Shown here piece by piece: positions 42,222-52,846 of a DNA stretch of 64,000 nucleotides. The notes beneath the pieces are model-generated. The model saw only the letters and a list, made by a program, of their open reading frames with translations. It ran no database searches and was not told the DNA's origin. The position numbers were made by a program, and so were the translations under genes. This DNA is from Nitrosopumilus sp. (GTDB lineage Archaea; Thermoproteota; Nitrososphaeria; Nitrososphaerales; Nitrosopumilaceae): NCBI GenBank assembly GCA_965203315.1, contig OZ241857.1, forward strand, positions 1,088,001-1,152,000. The letters are read 5' to 3'. Every line of letters starts with the position of its first letter. Within the stretch, counting starts at the first letter, position 1.

Positions 42222-42499
42222 GCTGCTACCAACTCGAACTTTTTAATACGCATTCCAAGCTTGTTGTACTTTTTCTTACATACAGTACATGTCATTATTG
42301 GTGTGATCTTTTTCGTAACCTTGGCTGGTTTGGCTAGTTTTGGAAACTTTTGTCCACCATACCCTTGTTTACGTTCCGCATGTCTGCGTTCACCCCTAGC
42401 AGATCCACGTCGTTTTCCCGCTTTGTATATAGACACCTTTTGTTCGGTGTGCGTCTTACATTTTGCACAGTACTTTCTCATCACCTTTGGAATGTTCAT
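42218..42499 (-). CDS. rpl44e: 50S ribosomal protein L44e
   Basis: MNIPK....YC..C..HT..KV..YK.G...GYGGQ..P....AK.TKK. Confidence 0.96.
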   Translation of the reverse strand: MNIPKVMRKYCAKCKTHTEQKVSIYKAGKRRGSARGERRHAERKQGYGGQKFPKLAKPAKVTKKITPIMTCTVCKKKYNKLGMRIKKFELVAA

Positions 42500-42567
42500 A
42501 TCAACATACCGCCCTCTGCCGTAATTTAAGCATTGAACGTAAATAGTCGTCTGTATTATGGTATACT

Positions 42568-44331
42568 GTGAGATCACGCCTAGCAGATACCGTGTCGTCA
42601 TCAGGTATGGTCGCAATGGGGGAGAGAGAAGCTGATCTACTCTTGACGAACTGTAAACTAGTCTCAGTGTACACCAACGAGATAATCCCGAATAGTCAGA
42701 TAGCCATATCTGGAGATCGTATTGCATACATAGGTAGTGATGCAACACACACGTGTGGTTCTAAAACAGAGGTTATGGATATTGAGGGCAGGTACGTCTG
42801 TCCTGGACTCGCCGATCCACACATGCATCTAGACCAATTTGTCACTCCAGCAGAGTTTGCCAAGACTGCTGTACTGCACGGTGTAACATCACTATTCTCA
42901 GATCCTATCGATATAGTAAGTGTTGGTGGATATACTGCGTTCAAAGAGTTTCTGCGACTGACTTTGGATCTGCCTATACGTGTATTTCATACTGTACCTG
43001 GCGGGCTACCAGTAGATCCAAAGTTTAGTAGATGTAATGTACTCTCTCTGCAGGAAGAGCAATCTGCTATTCTAGACTCAAATGTTCTTGGGATGGGTGA
43101 GGTGTTCTCTTGGACCAAAGTCACGTTACGCGATCCAAAGACATTACGCTCGATTGCTACAATGTTAGAGAACGATTGTATCATAAATGGTCATACAGCA
43201 GGTGCAAGCGACAAGAAACTAAATGCATACATTGCTTCTGGAATAATCTCGTGCCATGAACCGATAAACTTTGATCAAGTCTTGGAGCGCCTACGTCTTG
43301 GGATGTGGATTATGATTCGAGAGGGATCCATTAGACGTGATCTTAAAGGCATTGTATCAGAGGTCATCAAACACACAACTCATCTCGATAGACTGATGTT
43401 CTGCTCAGACGGAATCGATCCATTAGATATTACTCATGTTGGATATATCGATAGATGTGTACGTGAGTCGATAAAACTCGGAATAGAACCAATAGATGCA
43501 ATATCGATGGCATCTAGAAACTCTTTTGACTATTATAATATGGGCAGAGATCTTGGTGGAATTGGACCTGGAAGGCTTGCTGACATTATAGTATTTGATG
43601 ATCTAGATGCGTTTAAACCACGTCATGTATTTGTAGGTGGCAAGATTGTAGTGTACAATGGTACACTGCATGCCAGAGTTGAAAGTCCAATCATACCCGA
43701 ATGGATAAAAAACACCATACATCTCAAAGAGGTTGTTCCAGATGACTTTGTTGTGCATGCCAAGAATGACAGTGTAACTGCAAATACCATACACATGATC
43801 ACAGAGATCGTCACCAAACTAGGTTCTGTTAAACTTGAGGTATCTGATGGCACAGTTGTTGTACCGCAAGACTCTGACGTATACAAGATTGCTGCATTCG
43901 ATCGAACTTTACATAGTGGCAAAAAGACTGTAGGGTTTCTAGAAAACTTTGGTAGTGATATCGGCGCACTAGCTTCTACATGGAGCTTTCATGAGAACAA
44001 TATGATCGTGATCGGTTCAAACGACTCTGACATGGTAACAGCTGCAAATCATCTCATAAAACATCATGGTGGTCTAGTAGTTGTAAAGGATGGTAAAGTT
44101 TTATCTTTTATGAAGCTAGATGTTGCCGGAATAATGTCTAGCGAGTCATTTGCAAAGGTTGCAGAAGAGTTTGAGAGATTCTTGTCGTGTATGGCAGACT
44201 CGGGTTGTAAGTTTCAGCGACCACACATGATTCCACTATTTCTGCCATTTCTTGCCCTACCGTCTGTTCGTATACTAGCAGGTGGAATAGTTGATGTCAA
44301 GGCACGGAGATATATCAATCCCATACAATAG
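42568..44331 (+). CDS. ade: Adenine deaminase
   Basis: D.H.H, NGH, S.HE, IREGS, CSDG, PG..ADI, PFLALP. Confidence 0.88.
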   Translation: MRSRLADTVSSSGMVAMGEREADLLLTNCKLVSVYTNEIIPNSQIAISGDRIAYIGSDATHTCGSKTEVMDIEGRYVCPGLADPHMHLDQFVTPAEFAKTAVLHGVTSLFSDPIDIVSVGGYTAFKEFLRLTLDLPIRVFHTVPGGLPVDPKFSRCNVLSLQEEQSAILDSNVLGMGEVFSWTKVTLRDPKTLRSIATMLENDCIINGHTAGASDKKLNAYIASGIISCHEPINFDQVLERLRLGMWIMIREGSIRRDLKGIVSEVIKHTTHLDRLMFCSDGIDPLDITHVGYIDRCVRESIKLGIEPIDAISMASRNSFDYYNMGRDLGGIGPGRLADIIVFDDLDAFKPRHVFVGGKIVVYNGTLHARVESPIIPEWIKNTIHLKEVVPDDFVVHAKNDSVTANTIHMITEIVTKLGSVKLEVSDGTVVVPQDSDVYKIAAFDRTLHSGKKTVGFLENFGSDIGALASTWSFHENNMIVIGSNDSDMVTAANHLIKHHGGLVVVKDGKVLSFMKLDVAGIMSSESFAKVAEEFERFLSCMADSGCKFQRPHMIPLFLPFLALPSVRILAGGIVDVKARRYINPIQ

Positions 44332-44343
44332 CGATATCGCCAG

Positions 44344-44375
44344 GGATCTTTTAGATTAACGTGTGATGGTATTTT
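44344..44375. mobile_element. Left-end fragment of MITE family C, cut by the family B copy
   Basis: ggatcttttagattaacgtg resembles the family C end. Confidence 0.4.
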
Positions 44376-44551
44376 GGTTCTGTTCAATTGACGGGGGTTG
44401 ACATTTTCTACACAAAATTCTCGAAAAATTTTGCAAAATATGGAAATGGTCTCATATCGGCTATTGTAAATTCTGCTGTTCTGAGTCTCATGGTGTGAGT
44501 TCTTTGAGATAACGTCATGACGATCTCAACCCCTGTCAATTGAACAGAACC
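44376..44551. mobile_element. MITE family B copy (176 bp)
   Basis: TIR ggttctgttcaattgacgggggttga / tcaacccctgtcaattgaacagaacc; no TSD. Confidence 0.88.
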
Positions 44552-44695
44552 AGTCTCAGGAATCATGTTAACGACACAACAAAATCTCTAAGACATGCAG
44601 TACTGGAAATTGACTGCCTTTTTCTGTGAACATTTGCGATGTTATATAAAACAATTGCGTATGATAGCTACGGACTGTTTTTATTATATCTATGA

Positions 44696-45757
44696 GTGAG
44701 CCAAGTGATGTATAGATTCACTGCTCCTGCCTTGTTTGCTACGGTGATTATTATGTCATTTTTGATAACAAATGGTGTAGATGCTAAAACTAGTGATGAT
44801 AAACTAAATGAAAAGATACCCGGTGACAAGCTATTAAACAGACATGAAGACTGGAAACTAAAGTATGATGACTCGAAAAAATATGAAGAGGAAGATAAGG
44901 CCATTCATGCATATGTAGATGACAACCACCCAGACAACGAGTGGAACAAGATCACAAAGAAGAATCAGATCAAGATATACAATTTTGATACACGAGCCGA
45001 TCAGAAAGATGCTGGATTACATGCATTGTTGTTTCATGTAAAATATCAGAAAGAGTCTGACACTTACAACCCAACAGTAGCCGAAAGGAGATTTCATGAC
45101 TGGGCTACAGAAGAGATCAAGAGTCCAGTTATGCCTACAAACGTCACGTCCAATATGATACAAGCGATCATAAAGACATACAACGAAAATGCCAATTATG
45201 GACACGTTCCGATCAAACTGTTCGACTCTGATGTTGATTTTTGGATAAAAGTAGCTGCTGACAAGATGTGTGAATTAGACAACACTTGTGATCTAAATGG
45301 TGCAATCTTTGATCCAGACTCACCTGATTGTACGTTTGTACAGTGTGCAGATGCGACAACATGGTCAACACATCACAGATTATATGTTTTTGTGGAGCCA
45401 TACTCTTGTGCAGGTACTTCAAATTGTATATCTGTAAATCGTACAAGTGGTAGCGGAGAGTTAGAAATAAGTGCACTAGATCCAACTGGAAACGCTCACT
45501 CTACAACTAGAAAAATAAAATATTATGCTATTGATCATTCATATGTTGACACTTATCGTGTATCTCACGAGCTTATAGTTACACTTAATCTTGGGGAAAA
45601 TAGTTTTACCATAGGACCAAGAACAGGGACGGATAGTGTAATAATTTATGGAGATAAAACATTCAAGCCAGATACATGTAATGATAATCGAGTTGAACCA
45701 AACTGCGGAACGTATTCTATAAGAGGCGTAGCAAGCGACGCGACTTTTGAAACATAA
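44696..45757 (+). CDS. Secreted Cys-containing hypothetical protein
   Basis: Signal peptide; helical N-half, beta-rich C-half. Confidence 0.75.
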   Translation: MSQVMYRFTAPALFATVIIMSFLITNGVDAKTSDDKLNEKIPGDKLLNRHEDWKLKYDDSKKYEEEDKAIHAYVDDNHPDNEWNKITKKNQIKIYNFDTRADQKDAGLHALLFHVKYQKESDTYNPTVAERRFHDWATEEIKSPVMPTNVTSNMIQAIIKTYNENANYGHVPIKLFDSDVDFWIKVAADKMCELDNTCDLNGAIFDPDSPDCTFVQCADATTWSTHHRLYVFVEPYSCAGTSNCISVNRTSGSGELEISALDPTGNAHSTTRKIKYYAIDHSYVDTYRVSHELIVTLNLGENSFTIGPRTGTDSVIIYGDKTFKPDTCNDNRVEPNCGTYSIRGVASDATFET

Positions 45758-45773
45758 TGTCTTTAGGTTTACT

Positions 45774-46598
45774 ATGAAACGCCTCGTTGTTATCATACTA
45801 GTAGTAATTATCATAGTGACCATCGCAATTATGAGTGTGCCTATGTCTTTATACAACTATTACACATATACGATTCCTATGAGAGATCCATTAATTGACT
45901 ATACTGTAGCTGATTTTCATTATCCACCTGTAAATGATGCAAGTTTTTTAATTATGAAAAGTGCCACACTCTTGGATGACGGATCAATTGATGTGGAGTT
46001 TAGACCAAATAATAGATATGTACACTACAATGGGTCAAATTTTGCCCATGTTGAAAACATCAAGGCTGGTCAAACCTTTGTTGTATCATGTATGTATGAA
46101 GACTATGGTAATCAAACATTACATATAATTCCTAATTATGAAGAGTTGAAGAAATCTATAGAGGAGACTCGTACAATATCCTATGTTGCAGATGAAGAAT
46201 ATTTTGAAAATAACTGCAATAATGATCCTGATGAAGAGGGATGTAATCGTCTTTATAATGCCTTTCTTAGCAATTCGACTATTAATGTACAAGAATCATA
46301 TGGATATACACGACCATATCTCGATAAAGAGTTTTATGACAAACCCTTTGTCCAGATTTTAAGATATATGGGTCTAGGTGAGATTAATGACAATAAAGTT
46401 TATGTGTTTCATCATATAGAGGGATACCTTCGAGATTATGTACCATGTAACTATCCACAAGTAATAGAGCACTCTGTTAATCTGGTATATGCAGAGCCAC
46501 CAGATTGGTATCTTTGTACCTACTCTGGATTATATCGTCCCAGTATGGTTTTGTATGATTTTGAGGAATCTAGATGCGCTCCATACAAAGAGAGTTAG
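45774..46598 (+). CDS. Membrane-anchored hypothetical protein
   Basis: MKRLVVIILVVIIIVTIAI anchor; paired Cys. Confidence 0.75.
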   Translation: MKRLVVIILVVIIIVTIAIMSVPMSLYNYYTYTIPMRDPLIDYTVADFHYPPVNDASFLIMKSATLLDDGSIDVEFRPNNRYVHYNGSNFAHVENIKAGQTFVVSCMYEDYGNQTLHIIPNYEELKKSIEETRTISYVADEEYFENNCNNDPDEEGCNRLYNAFLSNSTINVQESYGYTRPYLDKEFYDKPFVQILRYMGLGEINDNKVYVFHHIEGYLRDYVPCNYPQVIEHSVNLVYAEPPDWYLCTYSGLYRPSMVLYDFEESRCAPYKES

Positions 46599-46993
46599 TA
46601 CAGTTGTGACAAATTCTCCGGGAATATTGAATAGATACTTGACAGACATGAAAACAAATGTTAGTCAATCATATCTAATCACAGTGGCATTCAATTGTAC
46701 CATTTTAGATTCTAGTAATGATCCTAGTATCTATCGTTTACACTAGTATACAAATCATCTGTATCTTTCGTGATACTTAGCCACCCATACACAGATTGTG
46801 TTTAGAGGTTTTGTTTTGGGCAAGAATTGTAGTTGGTAGTGTAGCAACGATAATTATCTGCATCTATGATACATAGTGAGTGATCAATTCCTTTGACAAG
46901 AACAAGTTTTGTGAATTGACGCATGGCGATCTGATAGCGATCGGCTAGTCTATCAAACGTCAATATGCATAATCAAGTTTACTAGTAATCGTT

Positions 46994-47216
46994 TACAGCC
47001 CCCTAGATCAAAAACATACGCCTACACGACACTTGTGCATAAAAGTTACAGGCCAAGCCTAGTTGTGATGTCCGACAGCATGAGAGAAGTGAACCTGTTC
47101 GCTTTGAGATCCATAGTTCATAGGTGCTCTCTTGCTACTAACAGTAGGTAAACCCATAGATATCGATGGCCAAGCCCTGTACCTAGTGACACTAGCATAG
47201 GCGGACACTCGCTATA
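46994..47216 (-). ncRNA. Candidate structured non-coding RNA of unknown family
   Basis: Six nested helices, nine G-U pairs favouring the minus strand; no ORF; AT-rich box upstream. Confidence 0.5.
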
Positions 47217-47263
47217 CGAATCAAGTAATATTAAAAAAGGGGATTTAATGGACAATCAACAAG

Positions 47264-48877
47264 ATGGCATCAATTCAGCAAGGACCAAACGGGCCAGTCC
47301 TAGTTCTAAAGGAGAGCGCACTTCAACAGAAGGGCAAAGACGCTCAACAGAACAACATTGCAGCTGCCAAACTTGTAGCCCAACTAGTAAAGAGTAGTCT
47401 CGGTCCTAGAGGTCTAGACAAGATGCTAGTTGACTCGTTAGGTGATGTAACTATTACCAATGATGGTGCAACCATCCTCAAAGAGATCGATGTCCAGCAT
47501 CCAGCAGCAAAGATGATGGTAGAGATCTCAAAGACCGTCGATAATGAGGTTGGTGATGGCACAACATCATCCGTAGTCTTTGCAGGAGCACTCTTGGCAA
47601 GAGCCGAGGAACTACTAAAGAAAGACGTTCACTCTTCAACAATAGTGGAAGGCTTTCAGAGTGCAGCTGACAAGACATTAGAGATTTACTCTGAACTATC
47701 AAAGAAGATAAAACCAGATGATCGTACTTCATTACTCAACATTGCAACGACTAGTATGCAGTCAAAACTGATATCAGAAGACAGTGATATCATTGCTCAG
47801 ATTGTAGTAGATGCTATTCTTAGTATTGTAGTTAAAAAAGGCGATAATTATACAGTTGATCTAGAGAACATAAAGGTCGAGAAAAAGTCTGGCGGTTCTA
47901 TTCAAGATACGCAGATAGTAAAAGGTATCGTACTAGACAAAGAGATCGTTCATAGTGGTATGCCCACAAGGATTCAAAATGCAAAGCTAGCTCTACTAAA
48001 CTCCGCTCTAGAGATAGAAAAGACCGAGATGTCATCTGAGATTAGAATTACCGACCCAACACAGATGCAGATGTTTCTAGAAGAAGAGAATCGTATGTTA
48101 AAGGCAATGGTCGAGAAACTTCATGATGTTGGGGCAAATGTACTGATCTGTCAGAAAGGTATTGACGACATTGCACAACATTATCTTTCAAAACATGGCA
48201 TTATGGCTGTACGTCGAGTTAAAGAGAGTGATATGATTAAACTTGGAAAAGCAACTGGAGGCAGAGTGATAAGTAATCTAGACGATCTGACTGCATCTGA
48301 TCTAGGTGCTGCAGACCTTGCACATCAAAAGAAAGTCGAATCTGACAAATGGGTATTCATTGAGGGTTGTAAACATCCTCAATCTGTAACACTACTAATT
48401 CGTGGTGGATCCCAACGCGTAGTTGATGAAGTAGATCGATCCATCCATGACTCGTTGATGGTAGTCAAAGATGTCATCGAAAAACCAGAGATCGTAGCTG
48501 GTGGTGGAGCTCCAGAGTCTTTTGCTGCATCAAAACTAAAAGAATGGGCAGACAACTTTGATGGACGAGAACAACTTGCAATCAAAAAGTATGCTGAAGC
48601 ACTAGAGTCTATTCCGCTCGTAATTGCAGAGAACGCAGGCATGGATCCAATAGATACGATGGCCAACCTACGTGCGAAACAAAACCAAGGTCGCAAATGG
48701 ACAGGAATTGATGCTAGAAATACAAGGATTACCGATATGCTTGCAATCAATGTAGTTGAACCTATTGCAGTAAAGGAACAGATCATAAAATCTGCGACAG
48801 AAGCTGCATGTATGATATTACGAATAGATGATGTCATAGCCGTCTCTGGAGGACCAGGTGGCGGCCCACCAGCCTAG
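47264..48877 (+). CDS. ths: Thermosome (group II chaperonin) subunit
   Basis: LGPRG.DKM, TNDGATIL, GDGTT, VAGGGAPE. Confidence 0.97.
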   Translation: MASIQQGPNGPVLVLKESALQQKGKDAQQNNIAAAKLVAQLVKSSLGPRGLDKMLVDSLGDVTITNDGATILKEIDVQHPAAKMMVEISKTVDNEVGDGTTSSVVFAGALLARAEELLKKDVHSSTIVEGFQSAADKTLEIYSELSKKIKPDDRTSLLNIATTSMQSKLISEDSDIIAQIVVDAILSIVVKKGDNYTVDLENIKVEKKSGGSIQDTQIVKGIVLDKEIVHSGMPTRIQNAKLALLNSALEIEKTEMSSEIRITDPTQMQMFLEEENRMLKAMVEKLHDVGANVLICQKGIDDIAQHYLSKHGIMAVRRVKESDMIKLGKATGGRVISNLDDLTASDLGAADLAHQKKVESDKWVFIEGCKHPQSVTLLIRGGSQRVVDEVDRSIHDSLMVVKDVIEKPEIVAGGGAPESFAASKLKEWADNFDGREQLAIKKYAEALESIPLVIAENAGMDPIDTMANLRAKQNQGRKWTGIDARNTRITDMLAINVVEPIAVKEQIIKSATEAACMILRIDDVIAVSGGPGGGPPA

Positions 48878-49745
48878 AATATTGTCGTATAAGGTTGGTG
48901 TTGATCTAGGTGGTACAAAGATTGAAGCAGTACTGTTAGACGACAATCTAAATACACTTACAAGAAGACGTATCCCAACTCCAGCTAAATACTCTGAAAT
49001 AATCTCCAACATAACGAACCTAGTGAATGGTATTACAGTTGATATCGAGTATACATTTGGGATATGCACACCAGGTGTCATATCTACAGATACGGGTCTG
49101 ATCAAGAATAGCAACACTGCTGCACTAATAGATAAACCGCTATCGGATGATCTAGCTAAAGCATTAAACACCACAGTACAAATAGAGAATGACGCCAACT
49201 GCTTTACCATAGCTGAAGCAAAACTTGGCGCGGCCATACATTTTGATGTGGTATTTGGTGTGATAATGGGGACAGGTGTCGGTGGTGGCATAGTCATCAA
49301 CAAAAGACTGCACAAGGGCAAAAACCTCCTTGCAGGAGAGTGGGGACACCACACATTATACCAAGATGGCAATAGTTGTTACTGCAGTAGAACAGGATGT
49401 GTGGAGACGTACATCTCTGGTCCTGCCTTAGAATCACGATGGCGACATCTAGGTGGTTCTAGACTAGCACTACCTCAAATACTTGAGAATCTTGATGCAC
49501 CGTATGGCAATCTCTGGAAGAACGAATTTATCAAAAACTTTGGACGTGCTCTAGCAAATGTGATCAACATCTTGGATCCAGATGTGATCGTACTAGGTGG
49601 TGGTCTATCAAATATTGATTTTTTATACACCCTAGGTAGAGATGCCGTATATCAAAATACATTCTCTGATGTCACTACACCAATATTACGAAATACTCTA
49701 GGTGACTCTGCTGGTGTGTATGGTGCAGCTCTGCTAGACGCCTAA
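48858..49745 (+). CDS. ROK family sugar kinase
   Basis: GVDLGGTK, ENDANC, GTGVGGG, GEWGH, C.C...GC.E. Confidence 0.93.
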   Translation: MAAHQPRILSYKVGVDLGGTKIEAVLLDDNLNTLTRRRIPTPAKYSEIISNITNLVNGITVDIEYTFGICTPGVISTDTGLIKNSNTAALIDKPLSDDLAKALNTTVQIENDANCFTIAEAKLGAAIHFDVVFGVIMGTGVGGGIVINKRLHKGKNLLAGEWGHHTLYQDGNSCYCSRTGCVETYISGPALESRWRHLGGSRLALPQILENLDAPYGNLWKNEFIKNFGRALANVINILDPDVIVLGGGLSNIDFLYTLGRDAVYQNTFSDVTTPILRNTLGDSAGVYGAALLDA

Positions 49746-50071
49746 ATTAGGTTATGTTGTAGACGTAAAGAAAACTTTTTCTAAAATTTTAAGTGTTTTA
49801 AATTAGATGGTAACACATTTAGTGAATTCTAGATGCGAGTTTACTTGTTAGAGTTATTTTGGTTTTGTTGTTTAACTAAATATAAAAAAGCTGTTATAAT
49901 TTTCCAAAGTTGTTTACAGATTGGAAATTTAACTGCTCGTAAAACTGTAATGCAAAGACCAAAGTAAACAACTGTGTGTGTCTTGAATTATTGTCAACTA
50001 TTTGTTAAAGTCATGTGTGTTAATTTTTGTTCCGTCAGCTAGTGTGTCATTGTTTAGCCTAGTATGATCTA

Positions 50072-50202
50072 TAGTCGCGAACAGAATAATTTTCCTAGTC
50101 TGTAGTATCACAATTTGGTGTTAGCTGTTCTGCCAGAGGCAAATTCCGTCTCTGACCACACACATGCGGGAGTAAACAAGAAAACAATTTCGCTCGTGAC
50201 TA
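50072..50202. mobile_element. MITE family A copy
   Basis: TA-tagtcgcgaac ... gctcgtgacta-TA. Confidence 0.88.
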
Positions 50203-50204
50203 TA

Positions 50205-50317
50205 TAGTCATGAGTATTATTTTCCAGTATTGATACTGCAATCTAAGTCTGCTAGAGACAAACTATGTCTATGATCACACATGCACAAAAGTGAGAAAAT
50301 AATTTCGCTCGTGACTA
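50205..50317. mobile_element. Diverged MITE family A copy in tandem
   Basis: tagtcatgag ... aatttcgctcgtgacta; separated from the previous copy by a single TA. Confidence 0.75.
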
Positions 50318-50330
50318 TCAAATACAAGAC

Positions 50331-50693
50331 TCAGTCAATATGGTTATCTCGTACTTTTAAGATTCGATCAACGGTCTCTTTGATATTGATATCCAACTCG
50401 GTACTTATCAAGATCAGACCTGCGCCACCTATCGGTACAGTTATTCTATAGATCTTTTCGTATAACGCTAGTGCGAATATTGGATTACCGATCTTTTCTG
50501 CAGTCTTTTTACGAGACGACCATCGATATACAGCTTGAGATAGTGTCATCTCTGTCTCTTCCCTTGTTAGATGTATGGTTAGACCCTCTCGCGCCTTGTC
50601 GTATAACTCACCAAAGTCATAAATTCCAACATATCTGATCTTGTCATCGCACTCTAGCATCTCATCACATATCTTGTCATAGTTCATGATCAT
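50331..50693 (-). CDS. Hypothetical protein (DUF6659/roadblock-like)
   Basis: IRYVG....G......R.GL...L pattern; start overlaps the guaA stop. Confidence 0.65.
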   Translation of the reverse strand: MIMNYDKICDEMLECDDKIRYVGIYDFGELYDKAREGLTIHLTREETEMTLSQAVYRWSSRKKTAEKIGNPIFALALYEKIYRITVPIGGAGLILISTELDINIKETVDRILKVRDNHID

Positions 50694-52216
50694 CACTGTG
50701 GCTCTATAGTTGATGGTGGCTTGCTTGATATTGCATATGTAACCCATGTTACATCATCAATCTCGTTTGTGATTCTGTTGCTGATCTTTTCAAGGATATC
50801 CATAGACAGTCTAGTCCAATCTGCAGTCATTGCATCAATAGAGTCTACAACTCGTACAATTACAATATTTCCATAATGTCGTTGATCACCTACTACACCC
50901 ACTGCCTTGTCATCACCAACAGCAGCATATGCCTGCCATACTTTATCGTATATACCTGCGGTAACTAGCTCGTCCTCTACTATCTTACTGGCAATCTTTG
51001 CTATTCGTAGCTTTGTCTCTGTTACCTCTCCAATAACTCGAACAGCTAGACCAGGTCCTGGAAACGGATGTCTCTTTACGAATACTGTTGGAACACCAAG
51101 AATCTTTGCAATCTCTCGTACCTCATCTTTGTATAGCTCTTTTAATGGTTCCAAGACTTTGAGATCCAACCACTCCGGTAGCCCTCCCACATTATGATGT
51201 GACTTTATTACAGCTGCTGGTCCCTTTGATATACCGCTCTCTATGATATCAGGGTATAGTGTCCCTTGGGCAAGCCATTGAAATGGACCATGATCTTTTG
51301 CAAACTCTGTAAATACACCAACAAACTCTTCGCCCACTATCTTTCGTTTTATCTCTGGGTCGACTATTCCTTGCAGATTATTCAAAAATCTCTTCTCTGC
51401 ATCTATCGCTGTAAAGTTGACGTTCCAGTTAGCTCTAAACATCTCTTTGATCTCTTCTGCTTCGTTGTGTCGAAGTAGTCCGTTATCCACAAAGACACAA
51501 GTTAGTCTATCTCCGATCGCTTTGTGGATCAGTAATGCAGCAACAGTAGAGTCTATTCCTCCACTCACACCACACAATACATCTCCTTGAATCTTTGATA
51601 ATTGCGACACAGACGTTCTAACAAACTCGTCCATAGTCCACTCTTGTTTTGCTTTGCAGATGTCTAGTACAAAGTTTTTGAGAATCTGTGTTCCTTGCTC
51701 AGTATGTACAACTTCGGGATGGAATTGGATCCCGTATATCGGTTTACTCTTTGATGCTATTGCAGCTGATTCTGCATTGTCTGTATGACCTATTACATCA
51801 AACCCTTGTGGAATCTCCTCTGCTTCATCACCATGACTCATCCAAGCCTTGATCTGAACTCCGATATTACCAAGTAGTGTAGTATTGTCGTCTACATGTA
51901 GCGTTGATGAGCCATACTCTCTGTTTACTTGCTTTACTCTACCACCATACTTGTCTACAATTAGTTGGTGTCCGTAACATATTCCAAGTAATGGTAAATT
52001 TAGATCAAAGATTGCAGAGTCGGGAGTTGGTGCGTCTGCATCATATACACTTGCTGGTCCTCCAGATAGTATTATTCCCTTTGGAGTATGTCGTTGCAGA
52101 TCATCTCTAGTTATATCAAATGGAACAATCTCGGCATATACAGAGAACTCTCTAATTCTACGACATATCAAATGTGTGTACTGTGAACCAAAGTCCAATA
52201 CAACTATCTTGTCCAT
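50693..52216 (-). CDS. guaA: GMP synthase (glutamine-hydrolysing)
   Basis: DFGSQY, GICYG, QFHPE, SGG.DS, IKSHHNVGGLP, KPP.TIE. Confidence 0.97.
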   Translation of the reverse strand: MDKIVVLDFGSQYTHLICRRIREFSVYAEIVPFDITRDDLQRHTPKGIILSGGPASVYDADAPTPDSAIFDLNLPLLGICYGHQLIVDKYGGRVKQVNREYGSSTLHVDDNTTLLGNIGVQIKAWMSHGDEAEEIPQGFDVIGHTDNAESAAIASKSKPIYGIQFHPEVVHTEQGTQILKNFVLDICKAKQEWTMDEFVRTSVSQLSKIQGDVLCGVSGGIDSTVAALLIHKAIGDRLTCVFVDNGLLRHNEAEEIKEMFRANWNVNFTAIDAEKRFLNNLQGIVDPEIKRKIVGEEFVGVFTEFAKDHGPFQWLAQGTLYPDIIESGISKGPAAVIKSHHNVGGLPEWLDLKVLEPLKELYKDEVREIAKILGVPTVFVKRHPFPGPGLAVRVIGEVTETKLRIAKIASKIVEDELVTAGIYDKVWQAYAAVGDDKAVGVVGDQRHYGNIVIVRVVDSIDAMTADWTRLSMDILEKISNRITNEIDDVTWVTYAISSKPPSTIEPQ

Positions 52217-52222
52217 AGCGTA

Positions 52223-52801
52223 CTAGGTCTTCTCCAACATTTTTTTAAACGTCCAACCAACTGTGTTGATTATCTCGTCTGCACGTTCTCGTTGACGATA
52301 GTTTTTGACTATGATCTCTCGTATATCAGAACCATCTTTTTTTATGGTATAGTCCAAGACTTGATCTGGTTTTATAGATCCTTTATCTAACTCGAGCTTG
52401 TCTTTTCGTGTCATCTCTTTGATTATTCTATCTAGAAAGAATGACTGAAATGGCGGTGTCGCGACGTCAATATTTACATGTGCGTCTACTTTTATGGATA
52501 CTTGATCTGCAGTTAGATATGCATTTGCAATAGTCTCACCAACTCCACTTCTTATCGGTACTGATTCGATCTTTTCAGGTTTTGTAAGATTTGACGCTTT
52601 TGTAAAACTAGCCCCTTTTATGATCATATCCAAGAGCTGTATGTTCTTCTCCAACATTGCTATAGAGTCTTGATGTTTCTCGACCTCTTCGATCAGGCTA
52701 TCTTTTAGTTCAACCGCATCTTTGATCTGCTGCTCTGAGAATCCCATACTGCTAGTCATCATAATACGGTAATTAAATGAATCTTGGTTTCTATGGTACA
52801 C
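52223..52801 (-). CDS. Hypothetical protein with N-terminal coiled coil (true start probably ~52760)
   Basis: PPF.SFF...I and I.V.NY....R..EI motifs. Confidence 0.7.
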   Translation of the reverse strand: MYHRNQDSFNYRIMMTSSMGFSEQQIKDAVELKDSLIEEVEKHQDSIAMLEKNIQLLDMIIKGASFTKASNLTKPEKIESVPIRSGVGETIANAYLTADQVSIKVDAHVNIDVATPPFQSFFLDRIIKEMTRKDKLELDKGSIKPDQVLDYTIKKDGSDIREIIVKNYRQRERADEIINTVGWTFKKMLEKT

Positions 52802-52846
52802 ATAATAAAATGTCGCAGATATCTTGTAGGATCTCTTGTTAAAGAA

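Noticed and set aside
46994-47216. SRP RNA or RNase P RNA
   Set aside because: No helix-8 GRRA/AGCA arrangement, Alu-domain context or GAGGAA...ACAGAA motifs recognised
49750-50060. Replication origin in an AT-rich gap with a ttccaa/ttggaa inverted repeat
   Set aside because: No repeated ORB boxes and no adjacent cdc6/orc1
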